The notes under the pieces were generated by a model that was not told the origin of the DNA, did not search any database, and saw nothing but the letters and a program-made list of their open reading frames with translations. Of a stretch of DNA of 64,000 nucleotides, positions 1-15,000 are shown piece by piece (the stretch's first letter is position 1; every line of letters begins with the position of its first letter). Where the stretch lies: the NCBI GenBank assembly GCA_965218975.1, contig OZ244717.1, positions 960,001 through 1,024,000 of the forward strand. The letters run 5' to 3'. A program made the position numbers and the translations under genes. This stretch comes from Candidatus Oxydemutatoraceae bacterium (GTDB lineage Bacteria > Pseudomonadota > Gammaproteobacteria > Poriferisulfidales > Oxydemutatoraceae).

Positions 1-3000
1 TGAGGTGCGGGTGGTTGACGTCAACGTGGCGCCGGTATTCAGCAGTATGCCAAGTTTTGAGGTCAACGAAGGGGAGACGGTAGTCGGCACGGTGACGGCT
101 GAGGATGCGAACCCGCAAGACGAGGCAATGTATTCGATTACCGGTGGGGCGGATGAGACCTTGTTCACCATTGACGACCCGTCTTCGGGTGAATTGAGTT
201 TCGTCACCGCGCCGGACTATGAGAATCCGGCGGATGCGGATACGGATAACGTTTATATGCTCATCGTGACGGCGGCCGGCGGCACGGACGCTCGAGCGTT
301 GACGACGACACAAGGGATTACGGTGACGGTGCTTGATGTGCCGACGACGGTCACGATTACGGTGGCAGAGCCGATGGTAACGGAAGGCGAGCCGGCGGTG
401 TTTACATTCAGTCGGACCGACGCGACAGATGCGCCGGCATTGACAGTGAACATTACGATAGATGCGACCGACGAAGTGCTTGCGGATGCGGCGCCTGGTA
501 TGGTGACTTTTGACGCCGGTTCTGCGAGAACGGTGCTTAGCCTTGCCACCGTTATTGATGAGGCGTTTGGCGTCAGGACGGTGATGGTTACCGTGAACGA
601 CGGTATGGGTTATGAGGTCGGTATTGAGAATAGCGCCGAGGTACGGGTGATTGACGTCAACGTGGCACCGGTATTCAGCAGTGCGGAAAGTTTTGAGGTC
701 AACGAAGGGGAGACGGTAGTCGGCACGGTGACGGCTGCGGATGCGAACATAGAAGACGAGGTGATGTATTCGGTTACCAACGGCGCGGATCAAGATCAGT
801 TTACTATTGACCCGTCTTCGGGCGAATTGAGTTTCGCCACCGCACCGGACTTTGAGAATCCGGCGGATGCGGATACGGATAACGTTTATATGCTCATCGT
901 GACGGCAGCCGGCGGCACGGACGCTCGGGCGTTGACGACGACGCAAGCGATTATGGTGACGGTGCTTGATGTGGCTACGACGATTACGATTACGGCAGAA
1001 GACCCGACGGTCACGGAAGGCGAGCCGGCGGTGTTCACGTTCACCCGGACCGACGCGACGGATGCGCTGGCATTGACGGTGAACATTACGGTAGACGATT
1101 CCGGCGGAGTGCTTGCGGATGCGGCGCCTGATACGATTACTTTTGCTGCCGATTCTGCGACAACGGCGCTCAACCTTGCCACCATTGATGATACGCTTGA
1201 AGAAGACGACAGCACGGTGACGGTTACCGTGAACGACGGTGTGGATTATGCGGTCGGTATTGAGAATAGTGCCGAGGTGCGGGTGAACGACAACGACGGG
1301 CCGTTCACGATCTCGTTCGACCCGACCGAGTATACGGTCAATGAAGGCCGCACGGCAGTTGTCATGATCAGACTGAGCGGCGAAAGACCGCGGCGCGGCA
1401 ATATAAACGTTGACGTAACGGCAAGCGACGGCAGCGCGGTTTTTATTGAGGATTATGGGTTGCGTAGTAGCGGTCTTATCTTTTTTCCTACCGTAATGCT
1501 GAGATCTGAGAGGTTTACTACTATTGATAACGCGGTTGTCGAGACCGAAGAAATCTTTTCGGTGAGACTTAGGGATGTAATGGCATCGGATCCCGCCGAT
1601 GAGGTGGTGATCGGTCAGGGCGAAGCGACGGTTACCATCATTGATGACGATTTGCCTCCTATCTGGAGTTTGGACATGTTGCCGAGTAGTGTCAGTGAAA
1701 GTAGGGACACCGCGGTGCCGATTGTGATGAGGCGGATGCGTGATTTACTTGACAGAGGATATCCGCTGACGCTTGAGTTGGGGGGGACGGCGACGTTCGG
1801 CGAAGACTACGTTATCACGGATATGGATGACAATCCGTTCGCGTTACCGCTTACATTCCCTGCGCCGTATATTGCCGATGATGTGTTTGATCTTCGGACA
1901 GATAAAACAGTCGAATTCGGCTTAGTGATAACAGACGACGCGGTGTTTGAGGGAGCCGAGACGATTGAGCTGCGATTAACTACGACGGACCCTGACGTTA
2001 CGATAGGCAGCGATACGACTCAGACGATTACGATCATCGACAACGATGCGGTGCCGGTGTTGTCTCTGACGGTCGGTGCAACCGCAATCAATGAAGGCGC
2101 ATTGACCGATATCGAAGTGGGAATCACGAACGAGTCGGTATATGCCGAAGATCAAACGATCACGTTAGAGTTTGCCGGCGATGCGATGCCTGAGGACGAC
2201 TATACGGTAATGGTCGGAGATTCGCCGTTGTCGTCGCCGTATGAGTTGACTTTGCCGGCGGGGTTGTCTTCGGTAACCGCAACGATCATGGCGACAGACG
2301 ACATGACGGCTGAGGGGAATGAGACGATCACACTAACCGCCCGGCATGAAGGCGACACAATCGGCGAGGAAACGATTACGATCATTGACGATGATGCGGC
2401 GCCGGAGTTGGATTTGTCGGTGAGCGAGACCACCATTGACGAAGGCGCATTGACCGATATTGAAGTGGGAATCACGAACGAGTCGGTATATGCCGAAGAT
2501 CAAACGATCACATTAGAGTTTGCCGGTGAGGCGACGCCTGAGGACGACTATACAGTAATGGTCGGAGGTTCGTTGCTGTCGTCGCCGTATCAAGTGATTT
2601 TACCGGCGGGGTCGTCTTCGGTAAGCGCAATGATCATGGCGCTAATAGACGACATGACGGCTGAGGGGAATGAGACGATTATGATTACCGCCCGGCATGA
2701 AGGCGAAATGATCGGCGAGGTAACGATCACGATCATTGATAACACGGCGCCGGTCTTCAGCGATGCGGTAAGTTTTGCGGTCGACGAAGGACAGACGACG
2801 GTCGGCGTTGTGACGGCTGAGGATGCGAACCCGCAAGACGAGGCAATGTATTTGATTACCGGTGGGGCGGATGAGGCCTTGTTCACCATTGACGACCCGT
2901 CTTCGGGTGAATTGAGTTTCGTCACCGCGCCGGACTTTGAGAATGCGGCGGATGCGGATACGGATAACGTTTATATGCTCATCGTGACGGCAATCGGCGG

Positions 3001-6000
3001 CACGGACGCTCGAGCGTTGACGACGACGCAAGAGATTACGGTAACGGTGCTTGATGTGCCTACGACGGTCACGATTACGGCGGCGGAGCCGACGGTAACG
3101 GAAGGTGAGCCGGTAATGTTCACGTTTGAGCGGACCGACGCGACGGATGCGCCGGCATTGACGGTGAACATTACGATAGATGCGACCGACGAAGTGCTTG
3201 CGGATGTGGCGCCTGGTATGGTGACTTTCGACGCCGGTTCTGCGAGAACGGTGCTTAGCCTTGCCACCGTCATTGATGAGGCGTTTGGTGTCAGAACGGT
3301 GATGGTTACCGTGAACGACGGTGTGGGTTATGAGGTCGGTATTGAGAATAGCGCCGAGGTGCGGGTGATTGACGTCAACGTGGCACCGGTATTCAGCAGT
3401 GCGGAAAGTTTTGAGGTCAACGAAGGACAGACGGCAATCGGCACGGTGACGGCTGCGGATGCGAACATAGAAGACGAAGTGACGTATTCGGTTACCGGCG
3501 GGGCGGATGATGCTCTGTTTGCAATTGACTCGTCTTCGGGCGAATTGAGTTTCGTCACCGCACCGGACTATGAGAATCCGGCGGATGCGGATGAAGACAA
3601 TAACTACATGCTCATCGTGACGGCGGCTGGCGGCACGGACGCTCGGGCGTTGACGACGACGCAAGCGATTACGGTGACGGTGCTTGATGTGCCGACGACG
3701 ATCACGATTACGGCAGAAGACCCGACGGTCACGGAAGGCGAGCCGGCGGTGTTCACGTTCAGCCGGACCGACGCGACGGATGCGCTTGCATTGACGGTGA
3801 ACATTACGGTAGACGATTCCGGCGGAGTGCTTGCGGATGCGGCGCCTGATACGATTACTTTTGCTGCCGATTCTGCGACAACGGCGCTCAGTCTTGCCAC
3901 CGACGACGATACGCTTGAAGAAGACGACAGCACGGTGACGGTTACCGTCATAGGCGGTATGGATTATGCGGTCGGTATTGAGAATAGTGCCGAGGTGCGG
4001 GTGAACGACAACGACGTTAACGTGGCGCCGGCATTCATCAGTGCAGCAAGTTTTGAGGTCAACGAAGGGGAGACGGTAGTCGGCACGGTGACGGCTGAGG
4101 ATGCGAACCGGCAAGACGAGGTAACGTATTCGGTTACCGGCGGTGCGGATGATGCCTTGTTTGATATCGACTCGTCTTCGGGCGAACTGATCTTCACAAC
4201 TGCACCGGACTATGAGAATCCGGCAGATGTGGATACGGATAACGTTTATATGCTCATCGTGACGGCGGCCGGCGGCACAGACGCTCGGGCATTGACGACG
4301 ACGCAAGCGATTACGGTGGCGGTGCTTGATGTGCCTACGACGATTACGATTACGGCGGCAGAGCCGATGGTCACGGAAGGCGAGCCGGCGGTGTTCGTGT
4401 TTGAGCGGACCGACGCGACGGATGTGCCAAATTTGTTTGTGAACATTACGGTAGTTGCAACCGACGAAGTGCTTGCGGATGCGGCGCCTGGTATGGTGAC
4501 TTTTGACGCCGGTTCTACGACAACGGTACTTAGCCTTGCCACTGTCATTGATGAAATGATTGGCGACAGAACGGTGACGGTTACCGTGAACGACGGTGTG
4601 GATTATGCGGTCGGTATTGAGAATAGTGCTGAGGTGCGGGTGGTTGACGTCAACGTGGCGCCGGTATTCAGCAGTATGCCAAGTTTTGAGGTCAACGAAG
4701 GGGAGACGGTAGTCGGCACGGTGACGGCTGAGGATGCGAACCCGCAAGACGAGGCAATGTATTCGATTACCGGTGGGGCGGATGAGACCTTGTTCACCAT
4801 TGACGACCCGTCTTCGGGTGAATTGAGTTTCGTCACCGCGCCGGACTTTGAGAATGCGGCGGATGCGGATGCGGATAACGTTTATATGCTCATCGTGACG
4901 GCAATCGGCGGCACGGACGCTCGAGCGTTGACGACGACGCAAGAGATTACGGTGACGGTGCTTGATGTGGCTACGACGATCACGATTACGGCGGACAAAG
5001 CAGAGGTTACGGAAGGCGAGCTGGCGGTGTTTACATTCAGTCGGACCGACGCGACGGATGCGCTGGCATTGACGGTGAACATTACGGTAGATGATCCTGC
5101 CGGAGCGCTTGCGACTGCGCTGCCTGGTATGGTGACTTTTGACGCCGGTTCTGCGCGAACGGTGCTTAGCCTTGCCACCGTCATTGATGAGGCGTTTGGC
5201 GTCAGGACGGTGATGGTTACCGTGAACGACGGTATGGGTTATGAGGTCGGTATTGAGAATAGCGCCGAGGTGCGGGTGATTGACGTCAACGTGGCACCGG
5301 TATTCAGCAGTGCGGAAAGTTTTGAGGTCGACGAAGGGGAGACGGTAGTCGGCACGGTGACGGCTGCGGATGCGAACATAGAAGACGAGGTGATGTATTC
5401 GGTTACCAACGGCGCGGATCAAGATCAGTTTACTATTGACCCGTCTTCGGGCGAATTGAGTTTCGCCACCGCACCGGACTTTGAGAATGCGGCGGATGCA
5501 GATACGGATAACGTTTATATGCTCATCGTGACGGCGGCCGGCGGCACGGACGCTCGGGCGTTGACGACGACGCAAGAGATTGCGGTGACGGTGCTTGATG
5601 TGGCTACGACGATTACGATTACGGCAGAAGACCCGACGGTCACGGAAGGCGAGCCGGCGGTGTTCACGTTCACCCGGACCGACGCGACGGATGCGCTGGC
5701 ATTGACGGTGAACATTACGGTAGACGATTCCGGCGGAGTGCTTGCGGATGCGGCGCCTGATACGATTACTTTTGACGCCGATTCTGCGACAACGGTGCTC
5801 AACCTTGCCACCATTGATGATACGCTTGAAGAAGACGACAGCACGGTGACGGTTACCGTGAACGACGGTGTGGATTATGCGGTCGGTATTGAGAATAGTG
5901 CCGAGGTGCGGGTGAACGACAACGACGGGCCGTTAACGATCTCGTTCGTCACGACCGAGTATATGGTCAATGAAAGCGATAGAGAGGTAAGGTTCGAACT

Positions 6001-9000
6001 CAGACTGAGCGACGAAAGACCGCTGCGCGGCAATATAAACGTTGGCTTAACGGCACGCGACGGCAGCGCGGTCCTTACTGAGGATTATTCCCCGAGAGGT
6101 AGTATTACTATCTATACTCCTGGATCAGTTCTGCTGAGATCTGCGCAGTATTTCATTATCGATGACGATGTCTTCGAAACCGAAGAATTCTTTTCGTTGA
6201 GGATTTCCGGTGTAACGACGTTTCATAGCGACGATGAGGTGGTGATCGGTCAGGGGCGCGTAGCGACGGTTACCATCATTGATGACGATTTGCCTCCTAT
6301 CTGGAGTTTGGACATGTTGCCGAGTAGTGTCAGTGAAAGTAGGGACACCGCGGTGCCGATTGTGATGAGGCGGATGCGTGATTTACTTGACAGAGGATAT
6401 CCGCTGACGCTTGAGTTGGGGGGGACGGCGACGTTCGGCGAAGACTACGTTATCACGGATATGGATGACAATTCGTTCGCGTTACCGCTTACATTCCCTG
6501 CGCCGTATATTGCCGATGATGTGTTTGATCTTCGGACAGATAAAACAGTCGAATTCCGCTTAGTGATAACAGACGACGCGGTGTTTGAGGGAGCCGAGAC
6601 GATTGAGCTGCGATTAACTACGACGGACCCTGACGTTACGATAGGCAGCGATACGACTCAGACGATTACGATCATCGACAACGATGCGGTGCCGGTGTTG
6701 TCTCTGACGGTCGGTGCAACCGCAATCAATGAAGGCGCATTGACCGATATCGAAGTGGGAATCACGAACGAGTCGGTATATGCCGAAGATCAAACGATCA
6801 CGTTAGAGTTTGCCGGCGATGCGATGCCTGAGGACGACTATACGGTAATGGTCGGAGATTCGCCGTTGTCATCGCCGTATGTGTTGACTTTGCCGGCGGG
6901 GTTGTCTTCGGTAACCGCAACGATCATGGCGACAGACGACATGACGGCTGAGGGGAATGAGACGATCACACTAACCGCCCGGCATGAAGGCGACACAATC
7001 GGCGAGGAAACGATTACGATCATTGACGATGATGCGGCGCCGGAGTTGGATTTGTCGGTGAGCGAGACCACCATTGACGAAGGCGCATTGACCGATATTG
7101 AAGTGGGAATCACGAACGAGTCGGTATATGCCGAAGATCAAACGATCACATTAGAGTTTGCCGGTGAGGCGACGCCTGAGGACGACTATACAGTAATGGT
7201 CGGAGGTTCGTTGCTGTCGTCGCCGTATCAAGTGATTTTACCGGCGGGGTCGTCTTCGGTAAGCGCAATGATCATGGCGCTAATAGACGACATGATGGCT
7301 GAGGGGAATGAGACGATTATGATTACCGCCCGGCATGAAGGCGAAATGATCGGCGAGGTAACGATCACGATCATTGATAACACGGCGCCGGTCTTCAGCG
7401 ATGCGGTAAGTTTTGAGGTCGACGAAGGACAGACGACGGTCGGCGTTGTGACGGCTGAGGATGCGAACCCGCAAGACGAGGCAATGTATTTGATTACCGG
7501 TGGGGCGGATGAGGCCTTGTTCACCATTGACGACCCGTCTTCGGGTGAATTGAGTTTCGTCACCGCGCCGGACTTTGAGAATGCGGCGGATGCGGATACG
7601 GATAACGTTTATATGCTCATCGTGACGGCAATCGGCGGCACGGACGCTCGAGCGTTGACGACGACGCAAGAGATTACGGTGACGGTGCTTGATGTGCCTA
7701 CGACGGTCACGATTACGGCGGCGGAGCCGACGGTAACGGAAGGTGAGCCGGTAATGTTCACGTTTGAGCGGACCGACGCGACGGATGCGCCGGCATTGAC
7801 GGTGAACATTACGATAGATGCGACCGACGAAGTGCTTGCGGATGTGGCGCCTGGTATGGTGACTTTCGACGCCGGTTCTGCGAGAACGGTGCTTAGCCTT
7901 GCCACCGTCATTGATGAGGCGTTTGGCGTCAGAACGGTGATGGTTACCGTGAACGACGGTGTGGGTTATGAGGTCGGTATTGAGAATAGCGCCGAGGTGC
8001 GGGTGATTGACGTCAACGTGGCACCGGTATTCAGCGATGCGGAAAGTTTTGAGGTCAACGAAGGGCAGACGGCAATCGGCACGGTGACGGCTGCGGATGC
8101 GAACATAGAAGACGAGGTGATGTATTCGGTTACCGGCGGGGCGGATGATGCTCTGTTTGCAATTGACTCGTCTTCGGGCGAATTGAGTTTCGCCACCGCA
8201 CCGGACTATGAGAATCCGGCGGATGCGGATGAAGACAATAACTACATGCTCATCGTGACGGCGGCCGGCGGCACGGACGCTCGGGCGTTGACGACGACGC
8301 AAGCGATTACGGTGACGGTGCTTGATGTGCCGACGACGATCACGATTACGGCAGAAGACCCGACGGTCACGGAAGGCGAGCCAGCGGTGTTCACGTTCAG
8401 CCGGACCGACGCGACGGATGCGCTTGCATTGACGGTGAACATTACGGTAGACGATTCCGGCGGAGTGCTTGCGGATGCGGCGCCTGATACGATTACTTTT
8501 GCTGCCGATTCTGCGACAACGGCGCTCAGTCTTGCCACCGACGACGATACGCTTGAAGAAGACGACAGCACGGTGACGGTTACCGTCATAGGCGGTATGG
8601 ATTATGCGGTCGGTATTGAGAATAGTGCCGAGGTGCGGGTGAACGACAACGACGTTAACGTGGCGCCGGCATTCATCAGTGCAGCAAGTTTTGAGGTCAA
8701 CGAAGGGGAGACGGTAGTCGGCACGGTGACGGCTGAGGATGCGAACCGGCAAGACGAGGTAACGTATTCGGTTACCGGCGGTGCGGATGATGCCTTGTTT
8801 GATATCGACTCGTCTTCGGGCGAACTGATCTTCACAACTGCACCGGACTATGAGAATCCGGCAGATGTGGATACGGATAACGTTTATATGCTCATCGTGA
8901 CGGCGGCCGGCGGCACAGACGCTCGGGCATTGACGACGACGCAAGCGATTACGGTGACGGTGCTTGATGTGGCTACGACGATCACGATTACGGCAGACGA

Positions 9001-12000
9001 GCCGATGGTAACGGAAGGCGAGCTGGCAGTGTTTACATTCAGTCGGACCGACGCGACGGATGCGCCGGTATTGGCGGTGAACATTACGGTAGATGATCCC
9101 GACGGGGTGCTTGCGGCAGCGGCACCTGAAATGGTGACTTTTGCTGCCGGTTCTGCGACAGCGGAGCTCAGTCTTGCCACCGACGACGATATGCTTGAAG
9201 AAGACGACAGCGTAGTGACGGTTACCATCATAGACGGTGCGGACTATAGGATCGGTATTGGGAACAGTGCTTCGGTGCGTGTTGTCGACGACGACGTCAA
9301 CGTGGCGCCGGTATTCAGCAGTATGCCAAGTTTTGAGGTCAACGAAGGGGAGACGGTAGTCGGCACGGTGACGGCTGCGGATGCGAACCCGCAAGACGAG
9401 GTAACGTATTCGGTTACCGGCGGTGCGGATGATGCCCTGTTTGATATCGACTCGTCTTCGGGCGAACTGAGTTTCGTCACCGCGCCGGACTTTGAGAATG
9501 CGGCGGATGCGGATACGGATAACGTTTATATGCTCATCGTGACGGCAATCGGCGGCACGGACGCTCGAGCGTTGACGACGACGCAAGAGATTACGGTAAC
9601 GGTGCTTGATGTGCCTACGACGATCACGATTACGGCGGCAGAGCCGATGGTCACGGAAGGCGAGTCGGCGGTGTTTACATTCAGTCGGACCGACGCGACG
9701 GATGCGTCGGATTTGTTTGTGTTCTTTACGGTAGTTGAGTCCGGCGAGGTGCTTGCGGCTCCAACGCCTCCTGCTCTTTCTTTTGGAGCTGCTTCCGAGA
9801 CAGTGATGCTCAGCGTTGCCACCATTGATGATGCGCTTGAAGAAGACGACAGCACGGTGACGGTTACCGTTGGTGTCGACGATACGGGTTTTTATGAAGT
9901 CGGTATTGAGAACAGTGCTTCGGTGCGGGTTGTCGACAACGATGACGTACCCGGGGTGCCGATGAACTTGACGGCTGGGGCAGGCAATACTCAGGTGGCG
10001 CTAAGTTGGGAAGCGCCTGCGGATTCCGGCACTTCGCCGATTGAGCGTTACGAATATCGCGCGAGCAGTGACGCCGGAACGATTGGGGATCAGGAATGGA
10101 ATGCCGCCGGCGATGCGACGGGCGAAGTCAGAACTCAAATCGTATCGAGCTTAAGCAACGACACGGAATACACATTTGAAGTACGCGCGGTCAGCGCGGC
10201 GGGCAACGGTGCAGCCGCGCAAATCATGGCGACACCGAGTTCCGAGACGGCGGTATTCACTCTGACGTTTGACCCGAGCGAATATACGCTCACTGAAAGT
10301 GACCAGAGGGTAACTCTCACGCTCAGACTGATCGGCGAAGAGCGTGCGCTGCAAGATGATGTAACCGTTACTGTCTCGACACGCGACGGCAGCGCGGTCA
10401 CTCCTCAGGATTATGTGGCTATTGAGAATGCGACGGTTGTCTTTGAACGCGAAGAGGGCGTGACCGAGTTAACGCAAACGGTGACGGTTCAGATTGTCAA
10501 TGACATCGTTTTTGAGTTAGATGACGAGATCTTTTCGGTGGTTATTAACGATGTAACGGCGGCGGCTTCCAGCGACACGGTCGTGATTGATCAAGGCGAA
10601 GCGACGGTTACCATCGTCGATGACGGCGACACACCGATTTGGGTATTGGACCGGTTGCCGAGTTCTGTCGGTGAAAGCACGGGCACCGTGTCGATTGAGA
10701 TGGAGAACATGAATGTTCATCCTGTTAGTCGCGGGTATTCGCTGACGCTTGAGCTGGGAGGGACGGCGACGTTCGGCGACGACTACGTCATCACGGATAT
10801 AGACGGCAATCCGTTGGCGTCGCCGCCTACATTTGATGTAGCGCAAGATCAAACAATGCTTGAAGCCCGCCTGATAATAACGGACGATCGGGTGTTTGAG
10901 GGTGAGGAGACGATTGAGATACGCTTGAGCACGACCGAGCCGAAGGTCGGAATAGGCGACGCTACGACGCAGACGATCATACTCATCGACAACGATGCGG
11001 TGCCGGAGTTAGATTTGTCGGTGAGCGCGGTAACGATTGACGAAGGCGAATCAATTGATATTACGCTAGAGATCACGAACGAATCGGTATTTGCTGAGGA
11101 TCAAACGATCACGTTGGAATTTTTCGGCACGGCAACGCCTGGAGACGACTATACGGTGTCAGTCGCCGGCGCACCACTGTCGTCGCCGTACGAGTTGACT
11201 TTAACGGCGGGAGAATCTGCGCTAAACGCAACGATCATGGCGCTAATAGACGACATGACGGCTGAGGGAGATGAGACGATTACACTAACCGCGCGGCATG
11301 ATGACGACACAATCGGCGCGGAAACGATCACAATCATTGATAACGAGGCGCCGGTATTCATCAGTGCAGCAAGTTTTGAGGTTGAAGAGGGCCTGATAGT
11401 AGTCGGCATGGTGACGGCTGTGGATGCGAACCCGCAAGACGAGGTGATGTATTCGATTACCGGCAGCGCGGATGATACCCTGTTTGACATTGAGCCGTCT
11501 TCGGGCGAACTGAGCTTCACAACCGCACCGGACTTTGAGAATGCAGCGGATGCGGACGGAGACAATGCATACATGCTCACGGTGGCGGCAATCGGCGGCA
11601 CGGGTGATCGGGCATTGACGACGATGCAAGTGATTACCGTCGAAGTACTTGATGCGGATGACAGTTTGCCGGTAATAACGATTGCGGCAGTCGAGCCGAT
11701 GGTAACGGAAGGCGAGGTTGCGGTGTTCGTGTTGAATCGGACAACGCCGACGGATGCGGAATTAGTGGACGTTAGGGTTATGATAACGGACGATGCTGAC
11801 GGATCGAGTATGGTGACTTTTAATGCCGGTTCTACGACAGCGGTGTTTAGTCTTTCCACCGATGACGATTTGCTTGATGAAGCCGACGGCGTAGTGACGG
11901 TTACCATCATAGACGGTGTGGGCTATAGGATCGGTATTGAGAACAGTGCTTCGGTGCGTGTTGTCGACAACGATGCCGTACCCGGTGCGCCGGCGGAGTT

Positions 12001-15000
12001 AGCAGCCGCGGCGGGCGACACGCACGCGGTCCTAAGTTGGGATGCGCCTGCCGACCCCGGTACTGCGCCGATCAACCATTACGAATATCGCGCGAGCAGC
12101 GACGTCGGAACGATTGAGGCTCAGGAATGGAATGTCGCCGGCGATGCGACGAGTGAGGTCAGGACTCAAATCGTAACCGATTTGACCAACGACACGGAAT
12201 ACACATTTGAAGTGCGTACGGTCAGTGCAGCGGGCAACGGCGCAGCCGCACAAGTCACGGCGACACCGAGCTCCGCGACGGCGGTATTCATTCTGACGTT
12301 TGACTCGAGTGAATATACGGTCAATGAAAGCGACCGGGAAGTCACTCTCACGCTCAAACTGAGCAGCGCCGGGCGTGCGCCACAGGATAAAGTGACCGTT
12401 TTTGTTTCGACACGCGACGGCAGCGCGATCGCATCCGCTAGTGAGGATTATGTAGCCCTTAACAATGAGGAAGTCGTCTTTTCATCCGAAGCAGGCGTGA
12501 CCGAGTTGTTGCAAACGGTGACGATTCGGATTGTCGATGACATCATTTTTGAACCCGATGACGAGGTCTTTTCGGTGGTTATTTCCGATGATGTAACGGC
12601 GGCGCATTCCGGCGATACGGTGGTGATTGATCGGAGTCGCAGCGAAACGACGGTGACTATTGTCGATGACGGTGTAGGTCCTAGGTGGGATTATTTGCAG
12701 GAATTGCCTAGTACCGTTAATGAAAGCACGGCCATGAATACGGTTTCAATCCGGTTGGGTCAGAGAGAAGGGCTTTTCGATGGGATTTATACAATTATGC
12801 TTGAGGTGGGGGGAACGGCGACGTTCGGGGAGGATTATATAATAGAGTTTGTCAGCGGGACGAATATAGGATCGAGAACGCTGCCGTTCACGGAAGGCGA
12901 TCGTTTGATGCGACCGATTGAGTTCATGGATGGGCGTGATGATGAGGGTAGTATACATATACGAGAGTTAATGTTGCGCTTAGTGGTGACGGATGACACG
13001 GTGTATGAAGCGGATGAGACGATTGAGTTACGTCTCAGCGTGACGGGCCACCCGGCCGCTACGGTAAGCGACGATACGACGCAGACAATCACGCTCATCG
13101 ATAACGATGCCGTGCCCGGTGCGCCGGCGGAGTTAGCAGCCGCGGCGGGCGATACGCACGCGGTCCTAAGTTGGAATGCGCCTGCCGACCCCGGCACTTC
13201 GCCGATTGACCATTACGAATATCGCACGAGTAGCGACGCCGGAACGATTGAGGCTCAGGAATGGAATGCCGCCGGCGATGCGACGAGTGAGGTCAGGACT
13301 CAAATCGTAACCGATTTGACCAACGACACGGAATACACATTTGAAGTGCGTGCAGTCAGTGCAGCGGGCAACGGCGCAGCCGCACAAGTCACGGCGACAC
13401 CGAGCTCCGCGACGGCGGTATTCATTCTGACGTTTGACCCGACCGAATATCCGGTCAAGGAAAGCGACCGGGAAGTCACTCTCACGCTCAGACTGAGCAG
13501 CGTCGGGCGTGCGCCGCAGGACGCTGTGACCATGACTTTCTCGGTACATGACGGCAGCGCAGTCACTCCTGAGGATTACACCTCCGCCCTTGACAATATG
13601 GAAGTCGTCTTTTCACCCGAAGCAGGCGTGACCGAGTTGTTGCAAACGGTGACGATTCGGATTGTCAATGACATCTTTTTTGAACCCGATGACGAGGTCT
13701 TTTCGGTGGTTATTGACGATGTAACGGCGGCGCATTCCGACGATACGGTGGTGATTGATCGGGGTCGCAGCGAAGCGACGGTGACCATTCTTGATGACGG
13801 TTTAGCCCCTATTTGGAATTTGCAAGAATTGCCGAGCATTGTTAATGAAAGTACGGCCATGGATACGGTTTCAATCGTGTTGGAAAACGAAGGAAGGGGT
13901 CTCGTAGAGTTTTATACGATTATGCTTGAGGTGGGGGGAACGGCGACGTTCGGGGAGGATTATATAATAGAGTTTGTTAATGCGTTCATACTAACGGGAA
14001 GTGCAGCAATGCCGTTCACGGAAGGCGAACTTTTGATGCGACCGATTGAGATTCGAGATGGGCCTGCTATAAATCTAAGGGCTTTAAGTTTCCGCTTAGT
14101 GGTAACGGATGACACGGTGTATGAAGCGGATGAGACGATTGAGTTACGTCTCAGCGTGACGGGCCACCCGGCCGCTACGGTAAGCGACGATACGACGCAG
14201 ACAATCACGCTCATCGATAACGATACGACGCCGGTATTGTCTCTGTCGGTGAGCGCGACTGTTATCGACGAAGGCGAATCGGTCGATATTACAGTGATGA
14301 CGACCGCGACCGGGTCGGTATATGCCGAAGATCAAACGATTGCGTTAGAGTTTACCGGCGATGCGATGCCTGAAGACGACTATACGGTATCAGTTGACGG
14401 TTCGTCGTTGTCGTCGCCGTATGAGTTGACTTTGCCGGCGGGGGCCTCTTCAGTAACCGCGACGATAACGGTAACAGACGACACGGAAATTGAGGCGGAT
14501 GAAACGATTATACTAACCGCGCGGCATGAAGGCGACACAATCGGCGAAGAAACAATTATGATCACCGACAATGATGCCGACGTGGTGACGTTCACGGCCT
14601 CGTTCGATCCGACCGAGTATACGGTCAATGAAAGTGACGGGCAGGTTGAACTCACATTCACACTGATCGGCGAAGGGCGCGGTCCGCGCGGCAATGTTGA
14701 CGTGACTGTCGTGACAAGCGACGACAGCGCAGTTGCCTCTGAGGATTATATCCGTCGTAGTTTTACGATTACCTTTGGGACTGGTGGCTCATCCCAGGTA
14801 GCTAATACGATGATTCGGATTGTCGATGACATGGCTGTCGAAACCGAAGAAAGCTTTTCGGTGATTATTATCGGTGTAACCGCGATACATGAAGACGATA
14901 TGGCGATGATCGGTCAGGGCGAAGCGACGGTGACCATCGTTGACAACGATGATGCGCCGGAGTTAGTTTTGTCGGTGAGTACGACTACCATTGACGAAGG

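Noticed and set aside
5-7. GTG as the start codon of the giant ORF
   Set aside because: It is an internal Val codon of a repeat (same context at 4634); the frame is open to the window edge.
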